The notes below the pieces were generated by a model that saw only the letters and a program-made list of their open reading frames with translations, was not told the DNA's origin and did no database searches. Source: Ignavibacteria bacterium (lineage in GTDB: Bacteria; Bacteroidota; Ignavibacteria; Kapaibacteriales; UBA4661). From it: a stretch of DNA of 64,000 bases. Below are positions 29,693-39,430 of the stretch, piece after piece (the stretch's first letter is position 1; each line of letters opens with the position of its first letter). The position numbers were made by a program, and so were the translations under genes. The DNA lies in assembly GCA_947459425.1 (NCBI GenBank), contig CANHDJ010000011.1, positions 11,652 through 75,651 on the forward strand, in the 5' to 3' direction.

Positions 29693-30409
29693 ATGGAAAA
29701 AATTTCTGGCAAACATATTCTTGTCGTTGGAGCAACTGGTGGTATAGGCAGCGAAAGCGCACGATTACTGAAATTATCGGGTGCAAATCTTTTTTTGATG
29801 GGACGCAATCGGTCAAAACTTTTGACATTGGCAGAGAAAATTGGTCTTGCGCAACAAAAGTGCTTTGCTGTTGATATTACTCATCCCAGCGAGGTAGAGA
29901 GTGCGGCGCAAGCTATTCACCGTGAAATCGGTCAATTAGACATTCTTATCAATGCTGCCGGTGTGGGCATTATTAAGCCGATAGACACGCTCACCTACGA
30001 CGATTTTATGCAGAGTCTGAATGTGAATCTCGTAGGCGCGTTTAACCTGCTAAAAGCATTTTTACCACCGATGAAAGTGCAAAAAAAGGGCTTAATCATC
30101 AATTTGCCGGGAGTTTTGGGAAAAACGCCGATGGCAGGTGCAGCAGCCTATTCCGCGTCAAAATACGGCTTACAAGGAATGCTCAAATCCGTAAGAGAAG
30201 ACCTCAAACGCACCGATATCCGCATCACCAATATTTTCCTCGGCGGAACCGATACGGCATTTTGGGACACGATTGATATGCGCGTCCAACGTGATAAATT
30301 CGTCAGTGCAGAAGAAGCGGCAAAAGCCATTTGGTTTTTGTGCCAACAGCCCGAATCGGGCGTTGTTTCTGAATTAGTTTTACAGCCGTTTAATCATCAA
30401 GCAATTTAG
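29693..30409 (+). CDS. SDR family oxidoreductase
   Basis: Motifs VVGATGGIGSE, NAAG and YSASKYGL. Start trimmed to the ATG at 29693. Confidence 0.85.
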   Translation: MEKISGKHILVVGATGGIGSESARLLKLSGANLFLMGRNRSKLLTLAEKIGLAQQKCFAVDITHPSEVESAAQAIHREIGQLDILINAAGVGIIKPIDTLTYDDFMQSLNVNLVGAFNLLKAFLPPMKVQKKGLIINLPGVLGKTPMAGAAAYSASKYGLQGMLKSVREDLKRTDIRITNIFLGGTDTAFWDTIDMRVQRDKFVSAEEAAKAIWFLCQQPESGVVSELVLQPFNHQAI

Positions 30410-30742
30410 AGGCTGGTTGGGCTTGTCAAGACGGCATCAATACTTGCCCTCATCTCACAATAAGTCAAACATACATTCAAAAGTTTTCTCCAAAAAAACT
30501 ACTACTTTTTTGTGCCTTCCAAACATTTGCTCATCATGAAGAATTTAAATACATTGCCAAGTCCATTTTTACGGTATTTTTTTGCCGAAATATCGCCCCA
30601 AATCATGCCATAGAACCCTACGTTTCACCAGTCCCAAACAGGAGTTGCGTATGAACATCTTTACCCTCTTCTCACGCCGAACGCAGTCCCGTGCAGAACG
30701 CACGAATACTTGGAGGAAGGTATATGCGATGGGCATATATGC

Positions 30743-30803
30743 TCACAATGGCAAGCCGCCCGACATATCCTGTTTGGAATGAACAATAGCCAATATCATA
30801 CCA
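30743..30803 (-). pseudogene. 3'-terminal remnant (last roughly 20 codons plus stop) of a ParE/RelE toxin gene paralogous to 50077-50367
   Basis: Positions 30743-30795 align to 50077-50129 with 2 mismatches in 53 nt and encode ...ILAIVHSKQDMSGGLPL*. Homology starts exactly at the stop codon and is lost next to the IS630 remnant. Confidence 0.6.
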
Positions 30804-30804
30804 T

Positions 30805-31574
30805 TTAATTCACCTTTCGGCAGAAGCATTGCGTCGCTTGGATGAACGCTGCGCCGAAGGCTTTTCTACCCTGCAATCAGCGGCAGGTTGGGTAAAGGAG
30901 ATCTTTGCGGTGTCCTATACGCCAAGCGGGTATGTGGACACTGTTTCAACGCTTGGGTTACAAAGCCAAGACCGGTCGCCCGTGCCACCACAAACAGGAC
31001 ATTGAGGCGCAGGCAGACTTTAAAAAAAATTCAGTCTGAACAAGACCCCTTGAAACTCCCTCGATGGTTCGGCGATGAAATGCGCTTCGGCTTGCATACT
31101 TCTGACAAGCGGCAGTGGACACCCTGTGGCATTCGCCCGAAGTGGACAACGAAACTCTGTTACGACTTTGGTTATCTCTACGTTGCAATCGAACCCTTGC
31201 GGGGCGACCTGATTGCCGCGTTTCTTCCCGATATGACCCCAGAAAGCCATCAAGCATTTCTGGACCTTGTTGCCGACGAAGTAGAAACAGGCATTGCCCT
31301 CTACCAAGACCAAGCCGGAGCGCATCGTGCCGAAGAGGTCATCAGTGCTTCCCATGTCCACATCCGCGATATTCCGCCCTACAGCCCAGAACTCAATCCC
31401 TGCGAGCGCTTTTTTGAGGAACTCCGTAAAAAGATAGCCAACACGGTCTTTGAGTCCCTTGATGAGATTGAACAGGTTTTGACCGATGCTTTGCGGCATT
31501 ACTGGGACAATCCAAAGCTATTAACTCGGCTAACAGCGTATTCCTGGATACGAAAAGCACCAAAATATAATTAA
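30805..31574 (+). mobile_element. IS630-family (Tc1/mariner-like DDE) transposase gene, 5'-truncated and frameshifted (pseudogene)
   Basis: The DDE region runs DEMRFGL...LYQDQAGAHRA...PELNPCERFFEEL (track ORF 30888..31574). The upstream HTH part is spread over two other frames (EALRRLDERCAEG...YTPSG, then MWTLFQRLGYKAKTGRP...DFKKN), requiring +1 shifts near 30928 and in the A8 run at 31022-31029. The N-terminal 60 or so codons are missing. Confidence 0.75.
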
Positions 31575-31903
31575 AATGGTATAATATTCGCATGATGTAA
31601 TATTCGCAGAGAGCAATCACCAGTATTTCGACGAGAGGATATTCCACCTTCACCGCTTGGCGAGGGTTGTTCAATGGGGTAAAGGCTTCTTGGGGCGAGA
31701 GTATCGGCATGAGAAAGAGTGAAAATACGGATGAAATAGTTCTTGGCTAGAAAAACAACTTTCCGTACCATCCGCCGTCTTTCCTACCTTTTTCATGCGA
31801 TTGCCCGACCGTCAGCCTTTTCTATTTTTGCTGAAAGCTACAAACGTTGTAAATTTGTAGCCTTTGCAAAACACAATTTTCCGGCTTTTCAAGGAATACC
31901 CTG

Positions 31904-32896
31904 TTGAACTCCCCTTCAAAAACTTTCCTCATCACTGGTGGTGCGGGCTTTATCGGTTCGCATTTGTCGAAATACCTCTTGCAGCGCGGGCATACGGTCT
32001 ATGCGCTGGACAACCTTTCCACGGGTTCGATGGAAAATATTACCGACATCCGCTCTAATCCTGATTTCCACAGCCGTTTTCATTTTGTCCGCGATGATAT
32101 TATGAACGAAATGGTGCTTGACCGTATCACTTCCCAAGTTGATATTGTCGTGCATCTGGCAGCAGCCGTCGGTGTACAGCTTATCGTGGAAAAGCCCGTG
32201 CATACGATTGAAACAAATATCATGGGCAGCGAAGCCGTCTTGAAAACTGCCTTGCGCTATGGCTGCCGCGTGATGCTTGCCAGCACATCGGAAGTCTATG
32301 GCAAAGGCGTAAAAATCCCGTTTAATGAAAATGACGATGTATTGCTTGGCAATACTGGTAAATCGCGGTGGGCGTATGCTGCCAGCAAAATGATTGACGA
32401 GTTTTTGGGCTTGGCATATCACCAAGAGTATGGTTTGGACGTTGTACCATTCCGCCTCTTTAACACCGTCGGAGCGCGTCAAACGGGGCGTTACGGCATG
32501 GTGATACCGCGTTTTGTCCAACAAGCACTTCGCGGCGAGCCGATTCGTGTCTTTGGCGATGGCACACAAAGCCGATGCTTCTGCGATGTGCGCGATGTCG
32601 TCGAGGCAATCTATGGTCTCTCGCTGAGTAATGAAGCCGCCGGAACACTCTTCAACGTTGGCAGCAGCGAGGAAATTAGCATTATGGATTTGGCAAAAAA
32701 AGTGAAGCATCTCTCCGGCAGTGCGTCGGAGATTGCTCTGATTCCATACTCGGAAGCATATCCGCCCGGATTTGAGGATATGCAACGTCGTATGCCCGAC
32801 ACAACCCGCATCAATACCCTGCTTGGCTGGAAACCGACGCATTCCCTAGATCAGATATTGCAAAGTGTGATTGATTTTGAGCGCTCTCGCCGATAA
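31904..32896 (+). CDS. NAD-dependent nucleotide-sugar epimerase/dehydratase (extended SDR)
   Basis: Rossmann motif ITGGAGFIGSH and catalytic YAASK. The start codon is TTG and the product is 330 aa. Confidence 0.88.
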   Translation: MNSPSKTFLITGGAGFIGSHLSKYLLQRGHTVYALDNLSTGSMENITDIRSNPDFHSRFHFVRDDIMNEMVLDRITSQVDIVVHLAAAVGVQLIVEKPVHTIETNIMGSEAVLKTALRYGCRVMLASTSEVYGKGVKIPFNENDDVLLGNTGKSRWAYAASKMIDEFLGLAYHQEYGLDVVPFRLFNTVGARQTGRYGMVIPRFVQQALRGEPIRVFGDGTQSRCFCDVRDVVEAIYGLSLSNEAAGTLFNVGSSEEISIMDLAKKVKHLSGSASEIALIPYSEAYPPGFEDMQRRMPDTTRINTLLGWKPTHSLDQILQSVIDFERSRR

Positions 32897-32920
32897 GTAA
32901 AGCGAGGATAAATGCTGTAC

Positions 32921-32960
32921 GAACGCGCCATCCGGCAGTTTCTTAGCCTGTCGGGTGGCT
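32921..32960 (-). repeat. Solo terminal segment of the MITE/REP-like element
   Basis: The reverse complement AGCCACCCGACAGGCTAAGAAACTGCCGGATGGCGCGTTC matches the left end of the copies at 49717, 49878 and 50650. Confidence 0.45.
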
Positions 32961-33057
32961 TCTTTGTCAATAATGACAAATTTTCTTCCTTGATATTCCG
33001 CCTGAAAATTCCTACCTTTCGGAATAATGAATAGTTTTTTCACTACTTCCAGTCTGT

Positions 33058-34254
33058 ATGCAAAGTTCCAACACCTTTGGTAACGCATTTAGTTTTGTCA
33101 CCTTTGGCGAGAGCCACGGCGCGTATATTGGCGTTGTGCTAGACGGCATAAAACCGAATATTCCGATTGACACCGAGGCAATTCAACATGATTTGAACCG
33201 TCGCAAACCCGGTCAAAGCAGCGTCACAACGCCCCGCAACGAACCCGACTCCGCCCAGATTGTAAGCGGTATTTACAACGGTAAAACCACCGGAACGCCG
33301 ATTTGTATTCTCATCAAAAACCAAGACCAACGCTCAAAAGATTACGGCGACATCGCAGAAATACTGCGCCCCGGACACGCCAGTCACACGTATTTGCAAA
33401 AATATGGGGTGTTCGATTATCGTGGCGGCGGCAGAGCTAGCGGACGGGAGACCGCGCTTCGTGTGGCTGCGGGCGGCATTGCCAAACAAATTTTAGCAGA
33501 GCGCGGCGCGAGAATTATCGGTTTTACGCGGCAGGTGGGCGATGTTCGCTCGGAGATTTCCACCGATGTCATTGATGCGGCAAGTATCGAAAGCAATATC
33601 GTTCGCGCTCCCGATGCGGCTTCGGCGGAAAAAATGATTGCCGTTATTCATGCTGCGCAAGCCGATGGTGATTCGGTTGGCGGTGTGGTAGAGGTTGTCG
33701 TTAAGGGCTGTCCGGTGGGTTTGGGCGAACCGATTTATCACAAATTAGACGCAGATCTCGCACACGCCCTGATGACGCTGGGCGCAATTAAGGGCTTTGA
33801 AATTGGCAACGGCTTTGAAAGCGTGCTGTTGCGCGGGAGCGAGAACAACGACCCGTATTATCAGGACGAACACGGCAATTTCCGCACCACGACCAATAAA
33901 GCGGGCGGCGTGATTGGTGGTATTTCCAACGGCGAAGATATTGTTGTGCGTATCGCCGTCAAGCCTGCCTCATCTATCACCAAGCCTGTCCAAACGGCAA
34001 ATCGCGCCGGAGAAATGGTGGATTTCAAAGTCGAAGGGCGGCACGACCCTTGTATTTGTCCGCGTGTTGTGCCAGTGGCAGAGGCAATGGTAGCGCTGGT
34101 GCTGCTCGACCACGTATTGCTGCAAGAGCGCATCGCAACAAGCTCCACAGCCGAACAACTCCAACAAAAATTGGCAACGATTGATGCCGAAATGCAGCTT
34201 TTGGCAATGCAGAAAAAATTGTACGAAGAAGAACTCGCCGCTCTCGGCGCATAA
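33058..34254 (+). CDS. aroC: Chorismate synthase
   Basis: N-terminal FGESHG, RPGHAS and GGGRASGRETA motifs; 398 aa. Confidence 0.95.
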   Translation: MQSSNTFGNAFSFVTFGESHGAYIGVVLDGIKPNIPIDTEAIQHDLNRRKPGQSSVTTPRNEPDSAQIVSGIYNGKTTGTPICILIKNQDQRSKDYGDIAEILRPGHASHTYLQKYGVFDYRGGGRASGRETALRVAAGGIAKQILAERGARIIGFTRQVGDVRSEISTDVIDAASIESNIVRAPDAASAEKMIAVIHAAQADGDSVGGVVEVVVKGCPVGLGEPIYHKLDADLAHALMTLGAIKGFEIGNGFESVLLRGSENNDPYYQDEHGNFRTTTNKAGGVIGGISNGEDIVVRIAVKPASSITKPVQTANRAGEMVDFKVEGRHDPCICPRVVPVAEAMVALVLLDHVLLQERIATSSTAEQLQQKLATIDAEMQLLAMQKKLYEEELAALGA

Positions 34255-34303
34255 CGCAGACCAGTAGCGCTACAAAAGCGCATCACCACACATTTTTGAG
34301 ACT

Positions 34304-35224
34304 ATGCCCGACCAATCTCTGCCGCCGTCGTTATCGCTTCCCGCAAAATTTTGGCTTGAACCAGAATTACGCATTTCCTTCGAGACGGCAAAGCGTATCA
34401 CGGCTCACTTTGCGAAGAGTTTTTACTTTTCTGCCAGTATTTTGCCCACCGACCGCCGTTGGGCAACCTACGCGGTCTATGGCTTTTGCCGATATGCAGA
34501 CAATTTAATTGACTGCCCCAGAGACCGCACAGATGCTGAGTTGTACAATGAAATTGAGGCTTTGCGCCAAGAACTCCATATTTGCTTTCGTACTGGCGAA
34601 TCCGAACACCCCGTCATGCGAGCATTTGCGCCCGTTTCGCAGCTTTATCGTATTCCGATTGCCTATCCGCTTGATTTGCTCAAAGGCGTGACGATGGATA
34701 TGGAGCAGTCTCGCTATCAAACCTTCGATGAACTCTATGTTTTTTGTTACCGCGTCGCGTCGGTTGTGGGGCTGATGATGACGTGTGTACTTGGCTACAA
34801 GGATGCAAGTGCTTTCGAGTATGCCGAAAAAATGGGTGTGGCAATGCAACTCACCAATATTTTGCGCGACGTGCAGGAAGATAAGGATATGGGGCGTATT
34901 TACTTGCCGTTGGATGATTTGCAGCGTTTTGGTATTGACGAAACCGATATTGTGCAGGAGCGCTGTTCGCCGGAATTGCGGAAAATGATGCAATTTCAGG
35001 TCGAAAGGGCGCATCATTACTACGACGAAGGCGATAAAGGGATTCCGCTTTTGCCGAAAGAGTCACAGTACGCTATTTCATCGGCAAGCAAGATTTATCG
35101 CGGCATTCTGCGGAAAATCGAAGAGCGCGATTACAACCCATTTTTGGGACGAGTCTTTGTGCCGCAAGGCAAGAAAATGGGAATTTTGCTGGGGGAAGTG
35201 GTGCGCACGAAGTTGTTTGGGTGA
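34304..35224 (+). CDS. crtB: Phytoene/squalene synthase family enzyme (phytoene synthase-like)
   Basis: Asp-rich motifs FCRYADNLID and NILRDVQEDKDMGRIYLP, plus YCYRVASVVGLM. Confidence 0.85.
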   Translation: MPDQSLPPSLSLPAKFWLEPELRISFETAKRITAHFAKSFYFSASILPTDRRWATYAVYGFCRYADNLIDCPRDRTDAELYNEIEALRQELHICFRTGESEHPVMRAFAPVSQLYRIPIAYPLDLLKGVTMDMEQSRYQTFDELYVFCYRVASVVGLMMTCVLGYKDASAFEYAEKMGVAMQLTNILRDVQEDKDMGRIYLPLDDLQRFGIDETDIVQERCSPELRKMMQFQVERAHHYYDEGDKGIPLLPKESQYAISSASKIYRGILRKIEERDYNPFLGRVFVPQGKKMGILLGEVVRTKLFG

Positions 35225-35253
35225 ACATCACAAGAAGAACGCATCACAAAAAC

Positions 35254-35727
35254 TCAGAGTAAGGCGATAATTGCTTCTCGTGCATCGCAAACACGCCGTG
35301 CCGCCAATTCAATAATACGCCGATGGATTTCTGCTTTGTCAGCGCTTGAACTTGTATAGCGCACCAATTCTGCTTCCGTGAATTGCCCCACTATTACGCC
35401 AACAACCAGCATTCGCAAACTCACCTCTTTTTTTAGGGCATTGGTAAGAAAATCGCATTGCTGCTTGATGGAAAGCTGCAAAAACGACGAGCGGTGCGGA
35501 GCGACGTGCATTGCCACCAAACGCACCAGCGATTCATGCTGCAACTTGAGAATTGACCGTAATGTTGAGTGAAGAAAATATTCAAGCGTGAGCGGCTCGT
35601 GAGCGCTCTGCTCTCGTGCAAGGGCGCTTACTGCTTCGCTCATAGCGGGTGTTGTGGGGCGCATGGACAGAAGCGCTGCGTCGCGGGGGCTGACTATTTG
35701 GTCACTTGCTCTTTGGTCATTTGTCAT
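35254..35727 (-). CDS. Hypothetical protein (no family recognised)
   Basis: A 157-codon ORF convergent with crtB. No competing ORF is present and the composition looks coding. Confidence 0.5.
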   Translation of the reverse strand: MTNDQRASDQIVSPRDAALLSMRPTTPAMSEAVSALAREQSAHEPLTLEYFLHSTLRSILKLQHESLVRLVAMHVAPHRSSFLQLSIKQQCDFLTNALKKEVSLRMLVVGVIVGQFTEAELVRYTSSSADKAEIHRRIIELAARRVCDAREAIIALL

Positions 35728-35833
35728 CGGCTTATTGCTTGATTTGTGGTGGCTGTGCCACCCTAAAGGAGTTGATATGAGAGTAGTGTAAAAATACGTG
35801 ATGGTATGTTCTTGTCTGCCGCAAAATGCGCAC

Positions 35834-37609
35834 TTACTCCAACGCTAAAATTTCGTCCTCCAACAGCTGCCGTGAGTACATTGCCGCATAGATACCGCCT
35901 TGCTCCACAAGCTGCTCGTGCGTACCACTTTCGGCTATCATACCGTGTTCCAGAACAATGATTCTATCGGCATTTTTCACCGTCGAGATGCGGTGCGCAA
36001 TGATAATGCTGGTGCGGTTCTGCATCACCTCGCGCAAGCCGCGTAAAATCTTCTCTTCGGTCTCGGTGTCCACCGCCGAAAGCGAATCATCAAAAATCAC
36101 GATATTCGGTTGGCGAATAATGGCGCGGGCTATTGCAGTACGCTGTTTCTGACCGCCGGAAAGCGTCACACCGCGCTCACCGACTAATGTTGAGTAGCCT
36201 TCAGAAAAACCCTTCACGTTCTCGTGCAACTGCGCTGTAATGCTGGCTTCCACGACTTCATCCATCGACACCGACGGTTTGCCAAAGCGGATATTATCGG
36301 CAATGCTCATGGAAAACAAGAACGATTCCTGTGGAACAATCGCAATGGCTGAACGCAAGGTGTGGAGAGGCATTTGGCGAATCGGTACGCCATCAATAAG
36401 TAGTTCACCATCGGCAATATCAAACAGACGCGGAATCAGATTCACAAGCGTTGTTTTGCCGCTTCCCGTCTCGCCGACAATCCCAATGGTTTCACCCGCT
36501 TTGATGGAAAATGACACGCCGCCTTCTTCGCTTCCAAGAGCAAACGGTAGATTTGGTGCGTACTTCATGCGGACGTTGCGAAACTCGACACTGCCTTGCA
36601 CGGTTGTAATGGCGTGGTTGGTTGTTTCGGAGTCTGCAATATCGGGAATTTCATCAAAAACACGTCCTAAACGCCCTGTGGACGCGGCAGCGCGTTGAAT
36701 CAAATTTGTCACCCAACCAATCGCAATGACGGGCCAGATAAGTAAGTTGAGATAAATGAAAAACTGCGTAACGTCACCAATCGTTGCTTGCCCACGCATG
36801 ACCAAATAGCCGCCTGTCCCCAGTACCAAGACTTGTGACAGCCCGATAAGGCTAATCATAAGCGGCATCATCACGGCTTCAATACTGACTAAACGCATCA
36901 TTTTGCGAAAATATCCTTCGCCCATGCCGTAAAACGCCTTGATTTCGTCCTCTTCCCGCCCGTAGGCACGTATTACCCTCACACCGGACAAGTTTTCTTG
37001 CGCCTTTGCGGTCATTTTCGCATAATGGTCTTGTGCGTCCTTAAAGAGCAAATGCACCTTCGAGCCGATACGATACACGCCAAAGGAAACAAACGGCATT
37101 GGTAAAAGCGCCATCACGGTAATAAGCGGCGAAAGGGCAATCATCATCGAAAGTGCAAAAACAAACGTTGTCAGCGTATTGGCAGAGTACATCACCGCCG
37201 GACCGAAAAATTCCCGAATTGCAGAAATATCATTGGTGGAATATGCCATAAGCTCGCCGGTCGGGGTACGCTGAAAGTACCGCAACGGCAAGCGTTCAAG
37301 CGCTCTCAGAACATCTGCCCTGAGTTCATATTCAATTTTGCGCGAAGCCACAATCATCGTTTTTCGCGTCAAAAACATAAAAAAACCACTTCCCGCCGTC
37401 AGCGCAAACATCATCCCAATATGCAAGGCAATATCGGTATTGCTAAAGGTGTTTTTGCCAACGCTATGAGCGATGGAATCTATCGTTTTGCCCACCACAC
37501 GCGGTAGCGAGGTAGAGCAGATATTGGATATCGTCACAAAGACGAATCCTAAAATAAACATCCACTTATGGCGGATGAAATAGGGTTTGAGGCGAAGGAG
37601 TTCTTTCAT
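35834..37609 (-). CDS. ABC transporter, fused permease/ATPase (MsbA / multidrug exporter type)
   Basis: Six TM helices, Walker A GETGSGKTT, signature LSGGQKQR and Walker B IVIFDDSLSAVD. Start trimmed to the ATG at 37609 (MKELLRLKPYF). Confidence 0.9.
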   Translation of the reverse strand: MKELLRLKPYFIRHKWMFILGFVFVTISNICSTSLPRVVGKTIDSIAHSVGKNTFSNTDIALHIGMMFALTAGSGFFMFLTRKTMIVASRKIEYELRADVLRALERLPLRYFQRTPTGELMAYSTNDISAIREFFGPAVMYSANTLTTFVFALSMMIALSPLITVMALLPMPFVSFGVYRIGSKVHLLFKDAQDHYAKMTAKAQENLSGVRVIRAYGREEDEIKAFYGMGEGYFRKMMRLVSIEAVMMPLMISLIGLSQVLVLGTGGYLVMRGQATIGDVTQFFIYLNLLIWPVIAIGWVTNLIQRAAASTGRLGRVFDEIPDIADSETTNHAITTVQGSVEFRNVRMKYAPNLPFALGSEEGGVSFSIKAGETIGIVGETGSGKTTLVNLIPRLFDIADGELLIDGVPIRQMPLHTLRSAIAIVPQESFLFSMSIADNIRFGKPSVSMDEVVEASITAQLHENVKGFSEGYSTLVGERGVTLSGGQKQRTAIARAIIRQPNIVIFDDSLSAVDTETEEKILRGLREVMQNRTSIIIAHRISTVKNADRIIVLEHGMIAESGTHEQLVEQGGIYAAMYSRQLLEDEILALE

Positions 37610-37652
37610 AGTAATAATGGGGATAGTGGGAATAGTTTCGTTGCTTGGTGCG

Positions 37653-38543
37653 TTAGGCTTCGGGCGTAATGCCCAACGAGCGCAACTGCTCTGCAAGCCG
37701 TACAGCACGTTCTTCGGCAGTACTGGCGCGTTCTTCGGCAGTACTAGCACGTTCTTCGGCGAAAAGCGCCCGTTGATTGGCAGCATCGGCGAGTTCTTTG
37801 CCTGTTGGGATAAGATTGCCCTTCTCGTCGCACCAGCGAAGCCACGACAGATCCTTGCCTTCAAATACTCCTTCCCAAATCCTCAAGCCAAGCCCAATTT
37901 CTTCCATCCAAAAATCACGGTGCGGTTGATATTTACTGCCGTGCAGAATGTGCAGGACAAAAACCTCGCCGCGCAGGAGGAGAAACGGGTCGTACACGGC
38001 ATAATACGGGATACGCATTTGAGCATATTTCCTCATTTTCTGCGCCATTTCGCCACCTTTGCGATTAGAAACAATCTCCAATACGAACTCAGGCATTTTT
38101 CCAAAAACCCACGCAAAGTAGGCGCGAGTATCGTTAAAATCAAGCGTTGCCTCTGGTGGTGTTTCAAGGCTCAGAAAGACATCCGGTGCTATTGGCGGCT
38201 CTTTGATGGCAGCAAATATGCCCACATTTGCTGCGGCGATAAAGGGCTGTCCGGTCTTGTTCCATGCCGAAGCATTACTATAAAGCGTTTCGACAAGAAG
38301 GCGCTGTTGTTTTTCAGAAAGAAGATTGTCCACAGGTTCATCGTCCTCCGTAATGAGATCTGAAGTATCGGGTATGGGGATACCATTCCAAAAAGCAGAT
38401 TTTGCGCCGTTGGTGGCGGGCTGCTCTTTGAGATTTTCGGTGTTGTGAGCGAAAAGGATTTCCGTGAGCGGTTCTTCGACCTCTTCCTCAATCTGTTCGG
38501 TCATTATATCGGATTGCATCGTGGTAAGGAAAAAAGTGGACAA
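37653..38543 (-). CDS. Uma2 (DUF820) family PD-(D/E)XK endonuclease-like protein with a repetitive C-terminal tail
   Basis: Core segment PEFVLEIVSNRKGGEMAQKMRKYAQMRIPYYAVYDP and C-terminal repeats AEERASTAEERASTAEERAVRLAEQLRSLGITPEA. The start is uncertain because there are several N-terminal Met codons. Confidence 0.8.
   Translation of the reverse strand: MSTFFLTTMQSDIMTEQIEEEVEEPLTEILFAHNTENLKEQPATNGAKSAFWNGIPIPDTSDLITEDDEPVDNLLSEKQQRLLVETLYSNASAWNKTGQPFIAAANVGIFAAIKEPPIAPDVFLSLETPPEATLDFNDTRAYFAWVFGKMPEFVLEIVSNRKGGEMAQKMRKYAQMRIPYYAVYDPFLLLRGEVFVLHILHGSKYQPHRDFWMEEIGLGLRIWEGVFEGKDLSWLRWCDEKGNLIPTGKELADAANQRALFAEERASTAEERASTAEERAVRLAEQLRSLGITPEA
37708..37765. repeat. 21-bp tandem repeat (2.7 copies) within the Uma2 3' coding region
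   Basis: GTTCTTCGGCAGTACTGGCGC / GTTCTTCGGCAGTACTAGCAC / GTTCTTCGGCGAAAAGCGC. Confidence 0.6.
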
Positions 38544-38559
38544 CTATCTGCGTATTTGA

Positions 38560-39384
38560 CTAATAAAGAATAATCTCATCACCCACCGAAAGCCGACCAA
38601 TGCTTGCGTGAACGATATTTTGACCAAACAACACTTTTGTACCATCGGCACTGCGACGAAATTTTTTGAGGGTTGCAATCGGCTCTGCGCCTGTTTTTGT
38701 GCCGCTTTCTTGGTCAATTGTTGTTACGATACAGCGTCCGCAAGGTTTCACGCCGTTCATTGCCACCTCTCCGGCGCTATTTTTCACAATAAAGCGCACC
38801 CACGAATCCTCCGCAAATTCTTCACAGCCTCGCACAACAATATTGGGGCGGAAACGGTTCATCGGCACAGGCTCACTACCTGTTTCAATCAAGCGCGAAT
38901 TAAGGCTTTCCAGCGATGCCTCCGATGCCAGCAGCATCGGGTAACCATCGGCAAATCCCGTGTGGTCGCTTGGGCGCACGGTATATTCGGGGTCGAGTGT
39001 GCGGCGGAAATCTCGGTGCATCGCCACGAGCTGCGCTTTCACGCCCAACACCGTACTGAGCCACTCTGCCGCTTCGTCTCCCTGCGAAACCGCTTCGCAG
39101 CTATCGCCCCAAACGACGACCGATTTCTCTGCGCCTTGGTCGGTGTGCTGCAAATGCAGCGTTTCTGCGCCCGGAGCGCTCAAAGAAAGCGTACCGTTGT
39201 GCAGTGTTGGTGCGATAAGCGCCATTTTCGGATGCTCGCGCTGCGTCAAAAATCGCCCTTCGGGGGTAACAATCATAAAATGGCGGTCGAAAGCAATACC
39301 GCGCTCGGAAAGCGTTGCACTGTCCAGCGCCCAGCCCCTGCAGCCTTTTATCGGGTAGTAGAACAGCCCTGTTATGGTTATCAT
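38560..39384 (-). CDS. MOSC domain protein (MOSC_N beta-barrel plus MOSC)
   Basis: N-terminal LFYYPIKGCRG and a C-terminal Cys context GVKPCGRCIVTTIDQESG. Start trimmed to the ATG at 39384. Confidence 0.88.
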   Translation of the reverse strand: MITITGLFYYPIKGCRGWALDSATLSERGIAFDRHFMIVTPEGRFLTQREHPKMALIAPTLHNGTLSLSAPGAETLHLQHTDQGAEKSVVVWGDSCEAVSQGDEAAEWLSTVLGVKAQLVAMHRDFRRTLDPEYTVRPSDHTGFADGYPMLLASEASLESLNSRLIETGSEPVPMNRFRPNIVVRGCEEFAEDSWVRFIVKNSAGEVAMNGVKPCGRCIVTTIDQESGTKTGAEPIATLKKFRRSADGTKVLFGQNIVHASIGRLSVGDEIILY

Positions 39385-39430
39385 GCGTTTATTTGAGAAC
39401 GTAAGAAAAGGAGCGTTGTAGAGGGACAAA

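Noticed and set aside
31018-31032. The A8 run in the IS630 transposase gene as a programmed ribosomal frameshift site.
   Set aside because: The required shift is +1 rather than the usual -1. A second +1 shift is needed about 95 nt upstream, and the gene is 5'-truncated. Decay (a pseudogene) is the simpler explanation.
31916-32842. A 308-codon minus-strand ORF.
   Set aside because: It is antisense to the epimerase/dehydratase gene, which has clear Rossmann and YxxxK motifs.
37587-38363. A 258-codon + ORF. Similar cases are the 262-codon + ORF 38608..39396, the 275-codon - ORF 39808..40635 and the 326-codon + ORF 41720..42700.
   Set aside because: Each overlaps a gene with recognisable family motifs (Uma2, MOSC, DUF2156, vWA-like) on the opposite strand or in another frame.
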